From positions 10,261,186-10,325,185 of the forward strand of contig MU054323.1 of NCBI GenBank assembly GCA_013239625.1: a DNA stretch of 64,000 nucleotides, given 5' to 3'. Below are positions 13,031 through 24,862 of the stretch, piece by piece. The notes under the pieces are model-generated. The model did not search any database, was not told where the DNA came from, and worked only from the letters and a program-made list of their open reading frames with translations. The position numbers were made by a program, and so were the translations under genes. Origin of the DNA: Lama guanicoe. Taxonomy: Eukaryota. Numbering within the stretch: position 1 is the stretch's first letter; each line of letters starts with the position of its first letter.

Positions 13031-14744
13031 CTAGGTCAGAGACACAGATGCAGCAGACCTGGACCCTGCCCTTAAGAAATTTACAACCAACTGCAGAGAG
13101 ACCAAAAGGGATGCAACAAGACAGGACAGTAAGGAAAAAAAAGCCATAGGAGGGTCCAGCTAGCACTGCACCGTGGGAGTTCTGAGCAGGGAGAGAAGAC
13201 CTCTCTAGGTGAGACAGGCACCAGCCGTGGATTCTCACTGAGTCCAGCACAGTGCTGGGCAAACAGCAGGTACTCGATCTGGGCTATCGTGACTGGATCT
13301 AACCTGCTGTCCGAGGGTTTGACAGCTGCATATGGGGTCCTCCTAACTTGGAGAAGAGTAAACTGGACACAGAGTTAGCTCCATGCCCTCCTACCCAGAA
13401 AGGTCAGGTTTGGAAACTCACTGAAAGCAGCTTTCAGACTCTATGCAGCAGACTGTAAAAAATGGGATGGGCAACAGGTCACATTTGCCTTTGGTGCATG
13501 CCTTCCTTTTCCAAGCCCCTCACCACCCTGTCCTCGCCCAAAGCACCCAGTGCTCTTGGGCAACCTTCTGTGGGTGCCTCAGGAACACTTAGCACATCCC
13601 TACCCCTCCACTGCCACTGGGCCATTTCCTTTCAAACTTTCTACCTCTGAGCCACGTTGGACCTTTGGGAATTGTCAGATTTCAGGCAAGAATTCTAACA
13701 TGTTTACAATCTATAAAAACTTAAAAAAAAGTGGCCTTGATAAATTACTTTTACTTAAAATACAAAAGTCTCACTATAAGATTGAAGAAATTATTTCCCT
13801 TTAAAGATATTAAGTCGACTTCTACCTACAGAAAATTACAGAAAAATTAATTTGGGTGTACATAGCTTTGTTCACTAAAATGTAAAATGAACTAACTTGA
13901 TGCAAAAATGAAAGGTTAATCTGGGTTGCTAATTATTAGCAATCAGATTGGGATTATGCTGGGCAGTCTTGATAATCTGAAAACTGGGCTGGTTGTGGTG
14001 GGCTTTTGTGACAATGCCCTGGCCCTGAGATTAGGAGACCGAAGCTCTAGCTGGGGTTCCAATGCATATAGCTATTCAACACTAACTACTCAATATCTTT
14101 CTTGGTTTTATTTTTTTTCAGATGAAGATGTTGATTTCTACTTGGCTTCTAAAGGTCGTTTCAAGGGCAAGAAGGTGATGAATCCATTCATCTTTGGTGT
14201 GAACGGCTGACTTAATTTTCGGATCTACCTGTGTTGTAAAGGGTGGGTAACCTGTTAATTCAAAGGGCTAACTCTTTACAGGAGGCATTTCAGTAGAGCG
14301 GTCTTGGCGGCAGGTGTCTTTTACCCTCTTGAGCGCTCAAATCACAGGTGTGGGCTGTGCCAGAGGGGTGAAGTGGAAAGGACACGGGCTTTGAAATCAT
14401 AAAGAACATCTGGGTTTGGGAGCAAACTTATTGATTGTGGGACCTTGATCATATTCCTTTGTCTGTGAAAGGGGCTGGATTGGCATGAGGATTAAAAGAA
14501 GTAAGGGGTATGAAAGGTCATTGTAAAGTCTACAACTCAAAAAATGTGAGCTGTGTCAATGACTCCTGCCTATAACCAAGGCTGATGCTTTTCCTGACAA
14601 CAGGAAATGTGGCCAGGTTTTCTGTGAATATAAATTCCCCCACCAATGCCTAGGAATTTAAACTCAGTGTGCTGAGGGTGAGGGTAGGAGAAGGGAGGAA
14701 AAGAAGAGCTCAGAAAAGGAGTTTAAAAAATATACTCCTCCCCA

Positions 14745-15424
14745 GAATGTAATTTGGTGCAGCCACTATGGAAAACAGTATGGAGAGTCCTTAAAAAACT
14801 AAAAATAGAGTCACCATATGATCCAGCAATCCCACTCCTGAGCATATATCCAAAGAAAACTCTAATTCAAAAAGATACATGCACCCCAATGTTCACAGCA
14901 GCATTATTTACAATTGCCAAGACATGGAAGCAACCTAAATGTCCATTGACAGATGACTGGATAAAGAAGATATGGTATATTTATATGATGGAATACTACT
15001 CAGCTATAAAAAAGAATGAAATAATGTTATTTGTAGCAACATGGATGGACCTAGAGATGATCATACTAAGTGAAGTAAGTCAGACAGAAAAAGACAAAAA
15101 TATCACATGATATCACTTACATGTGGAATTTAAAAAATATGAGAAAAATGAACTTATTTATAGAACAGAAACAGACTCACAGACATAAAACAAACTTTTA
15201 GTTACCAAAAGGGAAAGCAGGGGAGGGATAAATTAGGAGTTGGAGATTAGCAGATACAAACTACTATGCAAAAGATGGGTAAACAACACAGTGAACTATA
15301 TACAATATCCCATAATAACCTACAATGAAAAAGAATATGCATATATATATATGACTGAATCACTATGCTGGACACCAGAAATTAACACAACATTGTAAAT
15401 CAACTGTACTTCAATAAAAAAAAA
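14745..15424 (+). mobile_element. 5'-truncated LINE-1 (ORF2 C-terminus, 3'UTR and poly(A)), antisense to ALK
   Basis: ORF 14754-15110 is the L1 ORF2p C-terminus ([42 protein letters not shown]). AATAAA at 15413 is followed by an A-tail. 20-bp TSD aaaaaatatactcctcccca (14725-14744) / aaaaaatacactcctcccca (15419-15438) at a TTT|AAAA endonuclease site. Confidence 0.95.
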
Positions 15425-17473
15425 TACACTCCTCCCCATGATCTCTAGCTCTTTGAAGGCCATTCTGCAGATCCAGTCTGTACCCACAGTAAGCAGCCTG
15501 GATTGGGGGGGAATCCTTGTAAATCTGGGGCAGAAGCATGGTGGTTCATTTAGTTAATTCAGTCCTAAAAATTAAGTAATTTAGATATAAATATAAATAT
15601 ATATTTTCCCCCCTCAAGAGTGTGCTGAGGAAGACAGCTAAAGGAAGGCATGGGCTCGACACCCTACCTGAGCACTGATCCTTCAGTAGGACCCTCTTCT
15701 AACTTCAGCCTAGCTTTACATTGTTCTGAAGGTTCTGAGACATTCCTAGAGATGCTGGGCTTCTCTACTTGTTGGCCAAGTTGGGCATCTGATGAGGTAG
15801 GAAGAGGGACATGGGCTTTGCATCCAGATGGGCCAACTTTTCTCATTCTGGGTTTTGCCCCTGACAAGCTGTGAGAACTGGGGTAAATTATATAGCGTCT
15901 CTGAGCCTCAGTTTCTTAATCTGAGCAAATGGAGATAATAACACTTAGTACTTAGACTTGCTGTATTAAATGATGACCTAAGCAAGTGCTTTGAACAACT
16001 TTGGCATTAGAGATGCGTAATGAATGTATGCATAATGAATGTGTAATTTCTTGTTCAATTCCTGACCGTAGGGAAGCAGAGACACCTAGTTTCAAGATTT
16101 CTGTTCCCCAGTCCATAAAGAAGGAACTGTAGGGCTCTCTCTGAATAAAGGGACCAGTATTTTCCCAACTCAGTGGACATATATTAGTCTCAGGTGATCT
16201 CCATACACAAAATTCTGTTCTCATTTTTCAGAGACTGCTGATGGACATGTCCAGAGCAGGAATTCTTTCTAAAGTGGATTCCATGGGATTAGAGGATTTG
16301 CCATCCCAGGTCAGACCCATGATTCATCCAGCCAGAATTCTATTGTTCCCAGCAGCCTTCGAGGCATGGTAGTCTTCCCTGCTCCCTTGGATGGCTCTGA
16401 CCCTCATAAAGCTGTCCAAAGGTGTTTGTAATTAATTTCTGTGTCCCACCAGCACCACTTCTTGGGGGTATGGGGTTTCTGAGTTTATTGCCCGTTATGC
16501 AAGAGCTGTCCAGCTTCTTATATGTGTGGGCTTGTCTTGCTGAAGCTTTATCCTATTCATTCTCTTTGTTCATTCTGTCTGGAATCTCACAGATACCACA
16601 GAATGCCACAGCAAGATGGAGTGTTGGAGATCACTGAATTCAGTGGTCCCCAAACTACCTGAAGACCTTTAAAAATACAGATTTCAGGGCCCTAGAGATT
16701 CAGATTAATAGATACTAGATTGGGGGAAGGAGGACAATATTTGCATTATGTGAAAACATTCCCAGGAGAACCAGCCTCCTGTACACAGAGTGGATAATCA
16801 GTCAAGTTAGGAGTTAAACAGAGATCTTCTGAGTTCAAGTTCAAGACTTGAAAAGGTACCACAATCACTATAAAATCCTCATGTTGTCTGTTTTTTTTTT
16901 TCCTTTAAATCTATGAGCCTAGGGCTCAGTTAACACCAGAACAGACCTGACCAAGGTTGTTTAGGAACAAAGAGTAGGCAGGTCACTATGAGGGGACAGG
17001 TGAGAGTCTTGTCCTGAGCAACCTTGAGGGTAGACTCTCCGTCTCAGGAATCCCAGAGTAGCTTAGCCTAGCAGAGTGCGGGTTTTAGGGGGTCATGGGC
17101 ACAAACCAGGGAAAGCAGGTGCTCATCGTCAGGACTCTGGTCCCCAGAGAGACCATGGGGAGCCAGGAAGTGTCAAAAGGGAAATCCAGTAACTGGAGTG
17201 TTTACAAGGTCAGCCAGCAGAGATGGAGAGGGACTGCGTAATAAGCAACAAGGTAAAATCTTGGTTATTGAAGAGAAGATGAGGTCACAGCAAGACGAGC
17301 AATAAGGTGGGCTTGATGCTGAGCTGCAGTCTGAGAGTTCCAGGGTCCTCATATTTCCCAGCGGAGAGCCTGCGTTGATCCCTGAGGCTTTGTGGAGCTA
17401 TAGGAGGATGAGATGGCCCCCAAGTAGGGCCTGGATTGGGAGAAGGGGAAGGAGAAAGCCCAGCTCTTTCCTC

Positions 17474-18375
17474 TTTTTTTTTTTTACTTAAAAACAACAA
17501 CAACAACAAAACTATTGTATGAAAACTCATTTATGAGAGAGAAAAAAAGGAACTGTTTTATCTTGTTCTTACTTATACCACACACTGGAAACCTAGTTTA
17601 ATACTCACTCAGATCTAAATCGTATAAAGAACCCACAAACATCAAAATACTGATTGGTTATAGACAGCTGAGTAAAGAAAAATCCATTAAGCACTGGGTT
17701 TCATTTTAAGTATATCGCAGCATCCCCAAACAAATCAATTAGTAATATACAGCACAATGTTAAAAAAAATAGGCTAGATGGTGATTGTGCTGGTTTTATT
17801 ACTGTTGCTAAGCCACCGCATCTGCTCAATTGAATGCAAAGAAATAAAGCGTGATACAAAGGAAAAGGAGCTCTCAACTATCACAGTTAATCACAGTAAT
17901 AAGGGTCTGCCTCGTGTTGAAGGCCTGTGGTGGTACCACAGCAGAGCACTCAATGGCTCATGTGGGTCTTTTACACTATTTTGATTTTGATCCATGGAAC
18001 TGAATTTTATCCATATCGGTTGACTGAGCTGAACTTCGTGGGAGCTGTGGCACATTGAACCATTTTGATGGCCATTGTAGATCCCATTAAACAAAATAAT
18101 GACCAAAATCCAAGTAAATATAATCATTCACCATCCATAACTGTATACGACACCATTCTTCATTATAAATTGGAAAAAGTAATCCTTTTTGTCTACATGG
18201 TGAAATTAACAAACTGTTCTCCATATTAGGGCAAAATGAAAATAATATACATACTGTTGCTATTGTGACGTTAAAGCATTTCAACTCTTTAATCAATGGA
18301 GCAGCATCCTCTTCTGATATAAGATCAGTGTCTAATCACTGCTTTCAATTGTCTGATGTTAGCAGTTGTGGAAGC
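17474..18375 (-). pseudogene. Candidate processed (retro)copy of an unidentified transcript 3' end
   Basis: Abrupt change to AT-rich sequence that I do not recognise as a repeat, starting at T12 (17474-17485, a minus-strand poly(A)), with minus-strand CATAAA (17530-17535) and AATAAA (17795-17800). No TSD found and parent not recognised. Confidence 0.35.
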
Positions 18376-20090
18376 TTAATGCCTAGGTTCATTTATTTTT
18401 GGGGAGTTGTAAAATAATGATATTCAAATTATATCCTTTTTTTTCTTATTTATTAGTTGGAATATATTTATAAAGAGATGTTTCCTCTTATCTACTATTT
18501 GGTTACCCAGTGGTATAGTTCATATAGAAAAGGCAGGGTAAATGCTCAATTCTTACTCCTTTATTTGCAGTTTTCAAGGTAATGAACTGGTTCTCCACCA
18601 TCCTCCAAAACTGACTAATTAGTTGTTTGCATATCATTATGAATACATGAATTTAAACATATTTTGAGTTTTAATTAATCATAATTATTATCCTTTAGAA
18701 ACTCAAATTGTCATATTTTTGGTCCATGGTAGCTTCCCAAGTTCTTTTTCTTCCTAGCTACCTGGCATAATGAAATGTTCCTTCCCCAGACCTGGACTTG
18801 GCCATTTTTAAAAGCTTTGGTTTCTTTTAGTGAAAAAAAGTATTTTAAGTATACAATCTGAGTGCTATAGACACTTATTGCTACAGGGTTGGTGATTATT
18901 TCTAGGCTTCTTTAGTAGACAGAGCTAGGAAATACATGTTTTAAACATATGTATGTCAGTATAAACACACATAAATATGAAATAGACACATATGTATATG
19001 ACAAAAATACCCCATGAGCTCACATCGATAGTTCCAATTCAAGTTCAGGACTACAGGGTTTTTAATTTAACCTCTTCTATGTCACATCTGTATTTCTTTT
19101 TCCACACTGAGAATCTTGGTTCCCAAGTGCACAGGTGATAATGGAATTAGAATATTCTATAATCACTTGTCCACTATATTTTTCATTATACACACAATAG
19201 TATTGGATAACAACACTAGCACTGTGCCATAATCAAAATGAAAACTGAGATTAGCAAAAACTTTTTTTGGCACATATGCTCTTCATTCTCCTAAAATTTT
19301 TTTTTCTTTTTTTGGGGGTGGGGTAGGGAGGTAATTAGGTTTATTATTTATTTTTTGGAGGAGATACTGGGGATTGAGCCCAGGACCTGGTGCATGCCAA
19401 ACATGCACTCTGTCACTTGAGTCATACCCTCCCCTCTTTTCCTAAATTTTCTTGAAGTTGTACTCTGTCTATGCTGACTGGGCATACTGCCGTTACGTAT
19501 GTTACTCTTTCCTCTTTAGCCTTTAATTAATCTGTAAGTATTACATGTTTAATGCTCATATAAATCACGTTGATATATCTCTAGTCATTTTTGTTGTCTG
19601 AAGTTTGTTTCCAAGTAGATGCCCAGGAGAGCAGTATTCTTTGAGGTCTTTGTTTTTTTGTCGTTTACAGATCTCTGCCTATCTCATCTGTCTGTCCATC
19701 CCCTTGAGTTCCTGACTATTGATAATATTTTTCCCTTTGAGTATATTAAATACACTACTCCATTTTCTTCTGGTATAAAGTATTACTGTCAAAAACCCTG
19801 ATGATAACCTAAATTTCATCCTCTAATAAATCACTTGCTGTTTTTGCTTATATGCCCACAGTTTTTTCTTTTTTTCTTTTTCCTTGAGGTACAACAATTT
19901 TACTGTAAGGTACGTTGGTACTGCTCATCCTGGTTAAGGACTCTCAGATACACAGATATGCTCTTTTAATGAGTAGTTTCAACAGGAACACTCCCCTAGG
20001 ATTACAGTTTAAAGCACTTGTTTTGTCTCCTTTTTTGCTTTTCTTCTTCTCTACTACCAGCTATGCTTTCTTAGTGCTTCGTACATTCTG
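18375..20090 (-). mobile_element. Ancient LINE-1 3'UTR fragment (L1MC4/L1MD-like), interrupted by a SINE at 19297-19436
   Basis: Blocks tatttggttacccagtggtatagttcatatagaaaaggcaggg and ctctagtcatttttgttgtctgaag match L1MC-type 3'UTR antisense as I recall it. AT-rich and degenerate; subfamily uncertain. Confidence 0.7.
19297..19436 (-). mobile_element. tRNA-derived SINE, camelid vic-1-like (long-tail form)
   Basis: ggggtagggaggtaattaggtttattatttatttttt ggaggagatactggggattgagcccaggacc...catgcactctgtcacttgagtcatacc; shares its body with the 8454-8542 copy. Probable TSD ttctcctaaaatttt (19286-19300) / ttttcctaaatttt (19437-19450). Confidence 0.8.
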
Positions 20091-23000
20091 TGCTTAGTCT
20101 TATTTTGTACCCAGTATTGGGTGAGGGCATGAGAGAAGCCCTACACCTCTCTGTGCATCAGACTGAGGGGCAGCCAACTGCAAAAAACTTATTTCACAGT
20201 TTGGAATGTATTTATATTTTGGTACTTATGTTTGGTGGCTCGTGGAACGTACTGGAAGTCTAACCTCAGATAAAAGGATGTTACTATGATTCTGAATGAA
20301 TAGGCTGGGAATCTGTAGGCCTTCAATGTCAATATATTTAATTACAGTACATTTATGTTGCACTTTCATCTTCCGTTAATTTAGCTCCTTAAAACCATGT
20401 TAGGTCAGTAAATAGGGAAAGGGAAAGAATTGCTACTTTTATCTCATAAGATAGGCAATCACGTAGAAAAGTTATACAATTGGCCTGTGATTACAGAGGC
20501 AAAGTGAGGAGGGGCCGTGACATTCACTCTTTTTACAGTACAGTTTTCAGTTGATGAATTTTCCATGTCGTTCTAGTTGGTTGCTCAGACTGCATTTGCA
20601 CATGCGCGCACACACACACATACCCACCCACCCACACACCCTTTGTTTATTCACGTGTAGCTTTTTGTCACTTCTCTCTTGTTCCTGTTTGGTGATGAGA
20701 AGTTTGGAGGGGGTAACAACGATCTTACAGCTCTGTCTTCTGTACTAGGTGTGCTCATGCACACGTCTCCCCTCACTTGTACATCTTTGTCTCCCTTGGC
20801 CCTCTCACAGTTCCTCCGGACGGGCAGGATGCCTATACACGCTGTGGTCTCCTGGGGAACAAAGACCAGAGGCCCATCCCTCTGTGCTGGGTGGTAGATA
20901 TCCCTTCATGAGGAGAAATCTAGGAGCGAACCGGCTCCCCATCAACAGGGCAGCAAGTCTGGGCTGTTGAGATAAAAGCTGCTTTCAGGACTGAATTACC
21001 CTAAACTGCTCTGACACCTGGCAATCTGAGGGGGTTTTTAATGGCTTCTGTGATGGCTGCTGTGTGGTGTTCTCAGCCACCCCCTGCTCCTCGAGGGAAA
21101 GTCAGTAATACAGGAGAGAAGAAAGGTCACAGGAAAAACACTATCATGAAAGCAGAGCTGTAAAAATTAAGTTAAGAGAGGCCTTGGGGCTAATTTGGTT
21201 ACTTCCAAGTTGGCTTCAGGCCAGGGTTGTGTCAATAAAGTATTTGATATTGTGACTGTGGACTCACCCACCTGGGGGCTACACATCATGGGTGTGGTTC
21301 GGAGGCTTAAGTGGGAAGTGGTGGTGGTTCAAGTACCAGCCCTGCCACACTCAGGCCTGAAGAGCCATTGATTTCTGCCCTCATCTGCTCTTGTCCGCAG
21401 ACCGGGGAGAGGAAACCTTGGTCTGGTGCCTGGCCACAGGGTTTGTGGTAGTAGGATTTGCTGCCTCCTGTTGTCAGGTCCCTTGGCTCCTGGGAGAGAG
21501 GCCACAGGGTGGGCGGCCAGAACCCTCACTGCTTTATTCTTAGTAGTTGTTGTCTGGTTCTAAGTCGTGAAGGGTGCAATCCTTACAAGGCCCTTGAGAC
21601 TATAACACCTCTGGCAGATGGGCAGATGGAGGTGCGGGTAGCCCAAGTGGCCGAGTGAGTAGGAGCTGGAGAGAACAAATATCCTGACTCCTGGGTCAAG
21701 GTCCCGGACCTTCCAGGATGGACTGGAGAACAGGGAAACATGAGAAGGTGGGAAGCCCAAATGTCAAGGGCAGAAAGGGAAGGGGTCAGGGAGCAAGTAG
21801 GACCAAATTGTTGATCAACAATAGAAGACAAATTATGTAAGACTAGAAAAAAGGGAAGAGACACTTCTCCGTTGTTGCCACTTGTAATGCAGTCACGGTG
21901 GCCAGACATGCAGTGGTCCTGAGGCAACAAGCATGAGGAAAAGGCCAAAAAGATCACAGAGATGTGAGTCTTGGCATCGCGACCCCTGAGCTAACATCAG
22001 CGGTCATCTGTAAGTTTTTGTTACGGGACTGGACTCTTCCTTGGGCTGCCAGCCATCGGCTGGCTCACACTCACTGTGGAGGAAGCCTCCTAGAATCCAG
22101 ATGTCCACCTAGTTGCAATGAAAACACCACTGATCAGAGACTCCTGCTGCTCTCACTTAAACAGCGATGCCCGCCTGGAGTGGGACCAGGTTTCCAGTGC
22201 TTCCTCAGTCACTGTATGTGGCCTTCAGGTGTCTGGGTCACTCCCCTGGCCCAGTCTGCTCAGCGCAGGTGTGCTCCCCTTTCTCCACCACCCGCTGCTG
22301 TGTCTCCACACACTTCATGGCCAAGGCGTTTAGAGCTTATGAGAGTTGTAGCTATGTTGTGGAGGGCCTTGGAGGTCTCCCCAGGCCACACCAGCCTAAG
22401 AGTGAAAAGTGGGATCTTAACATTGGTAACAAACAGCATCACCCTGGCTCCGCTTTGAAGCACACCTGCCAAAACCTCAGGTCTTCTCTCCTAACACCCT
22501 TGGGAAGAGCACGCGTGCTCTGCCACTGTCATCTCTGCCCCTTAACTTGCTTTATTTTCCTCATAACACATCACTACCTGAATCTGTATCATCTGTACAC
22601 TGCCTGCTGTCTGTCTTTCCCTCCAGTGGGTAAACTCTACAAGAGTAAGGCTTAGTTAATTTTGTTCACTGCCTTGTTTTCACGACCTAAAACAGTACCA
22701 GTCACATAGGATAAACCTTTGTTATATGAAAACAAAGCCAAAACCAAAAAAAGTAGAAAGAAAAGAGTAGGCCAAACATCAGCCCCCAAACCCACTTGCG
22801 CGGTCAGAGATGGAGCTCACGCACTCTGGGGGCTCTGCGTGTGGCTGGACGGGAGCCTCTCTGGGGCTCCTGTGTTACAGCGAGAGCATTATGGGGTGGA
22901 GCGGACCAGAGGCGCTCTTGTGGTGGAAGTGGATGCTTGCTGAAAGGCATTCTGTCTCTTACCCATGACTGCGCAGCAGAGAGCGGTAGGCTCCTGGGGA

Positions 23001-24374
23001 GCCAGCACACACCTTCATGTGCTCACTCGCACACACACCAGCACACACTCAAGTGTGCACACCCACATGTACGTAACTGAAATGCAGGGAGCCCTGCAGT
23101 CTGTAAGGAAACACTCCATCCTACTCCTTAGCAGTGTGGGCACACCTCGGGCCCCATGGCTGATGGAGCTGATCAGCCAACAGACTGAACGGACTAGTTA
23201 GCGGGATCAGAGCCATAAATCTGGCAGAAGGAAGACAGTCCTCTCTCAGGGAGCTCATCTGAGGCCTGGGGACTTTTTCTGATTTTCAGTTGGGTTGCTG
23301 GACAAGCCCAAGCTGTGCCTTATTTTCCTGACTTGATAATGTTAATTCCAGAACTGGATCATTCAGTCTGTCAGTCACTTAATAAAAAATAATAATTAAG
23401 TGAATAAAATGTGCTCTCACATTATGAAGTCACTGTCAAGATTCTCTGTAAAAATCAAATCAGGCCGCCCAGACACAGCCACCTGGGATTTGTTTGAAAA
23501 TCTGTCCTTGGAGAAAGTTCCGGAGTCCCTGCTATTTCTGAGATCCTGACCAACTTTAAAAGACTAAAAACCCTCTTTCACTTTATACTGATGAGCGGGT
23601 CATCGGGGGTAATCCTCTACGCCCTCACCCAAGTCACATATTTCCCCCAAGTGGAGTCTGAGGGCTTCACCTGCAAGCTGGTGATCACCTGGGCTGGGGG
23701 AACTGACTGAACAAGATGACCTAGCAGGCAAAATATTGCCTCTGCCCTTTTTAACACGGTTAGTTTTAAGAGGTCAAAACTAGAATTTGGTTAAAATTTT
23801 AAAAAATTAAGAAAAATAGGCCCAGAGTACACCCTTATGTATAAATGAAAGAGTACACAGCTCACAGGTGGAGGTGAAGGAGGAGATAGATATGCTGAAA
23901 ACGTATAGAAGGCAACGTACCAGGGGCACGTGAATTGGCCCAATCTTTTCTGTTCTACAGTTTAATAATGTTAATAGCAATATCACACAACATTTTATAT
24001 TAGTATATTCTTTTGGAACTTTCAAAGCCTGTTAGAAACGATCTCGCTTGCTCACCACAGTGGCCTGCTCTGAGAAAGAGCTGGGGCAGGTAATCATTAT
24101 CTCTACCTCATGGACAAAGGAAAAGTGGGGGCTCAGAACGTCCGACTGTCCTGAAGTCGCACGGCTAGAACCACAGTCTCTAGGACTCTCTGTATTCCAT
24201 TTTCCGTCCTGTTACGGACTGGTACTCAGTGGGTACTTTGTGAACATTTAAGTGTCTGTGGAACGTTAAACAGAGAGGCTTGAGGTTGCTGCTAGGAATT
24301 CTGTCCTTCAGAATCCACAATGAGCTCTCAGAGCTCCCTGGAGATTGGTCGATCTCCAACACATGAAAGCCACT

Positions 24375-24862
24375 GCAGGTAGGCTGTCAAGGGGCGCCAA
24401 TCTCTACTTCCTGGTAGCCACACCCTTGCATAATCCCCTCCTTTTGAATGTGGGCGAGACCTGTGAGTCACTTCTAACCATGGAATGTGGCAAAGGTGAT
24501 GGAGTGTTATTTTCATGATTATGTTACATAAGACTGTAACTTCCATCCTGCTAGCACATGCCCTATTTCTCTGTCTCTGTCTCTCTTTCCCTTTCTCTCT
24601 CTCATCATTGGCTTCTCCAGGAACTGTCAACAACCAGTGAGCTTGGGAGTAACTCCCTCCTCAGCTGAGCTTTCAGATGAGACCCAGCCCTGGCTAACAT
24701 CTTGTGCAACCATATGAGAAAATGAGAAACTATGAAGCAGAGGACCCAGCTGAGCCGTGCCTGAGTTTCCTGACCCACAGAAACTACTATAAAAAATGTG
24801 TGTTGTTTTAAGCCACTATGTTTATGGTAATTTGTTACTGAGCAAAAGATATCTATCCATAC
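24375..24862 (+). mobile_element. MaLR solo LTR (MLT1F-like)
   Basis: cacacccttgcataatcccctcc, cttctaaccatggaatgtggcaaaggtgatgg and the 3' motif ctgacccacagaaact...tgttgttttaagccacta...gtaatttgttac are characteristic of MLT1. Confidence 0.85.

Noticed and set aside
19505..19517. ctctttcctcttt as the TSD partner of 17464-17476 for the candidate retrocopy
   Set aside because: It lies inside continuous L1MC-like sequence and is low complexity, so the match is probably coincidental.
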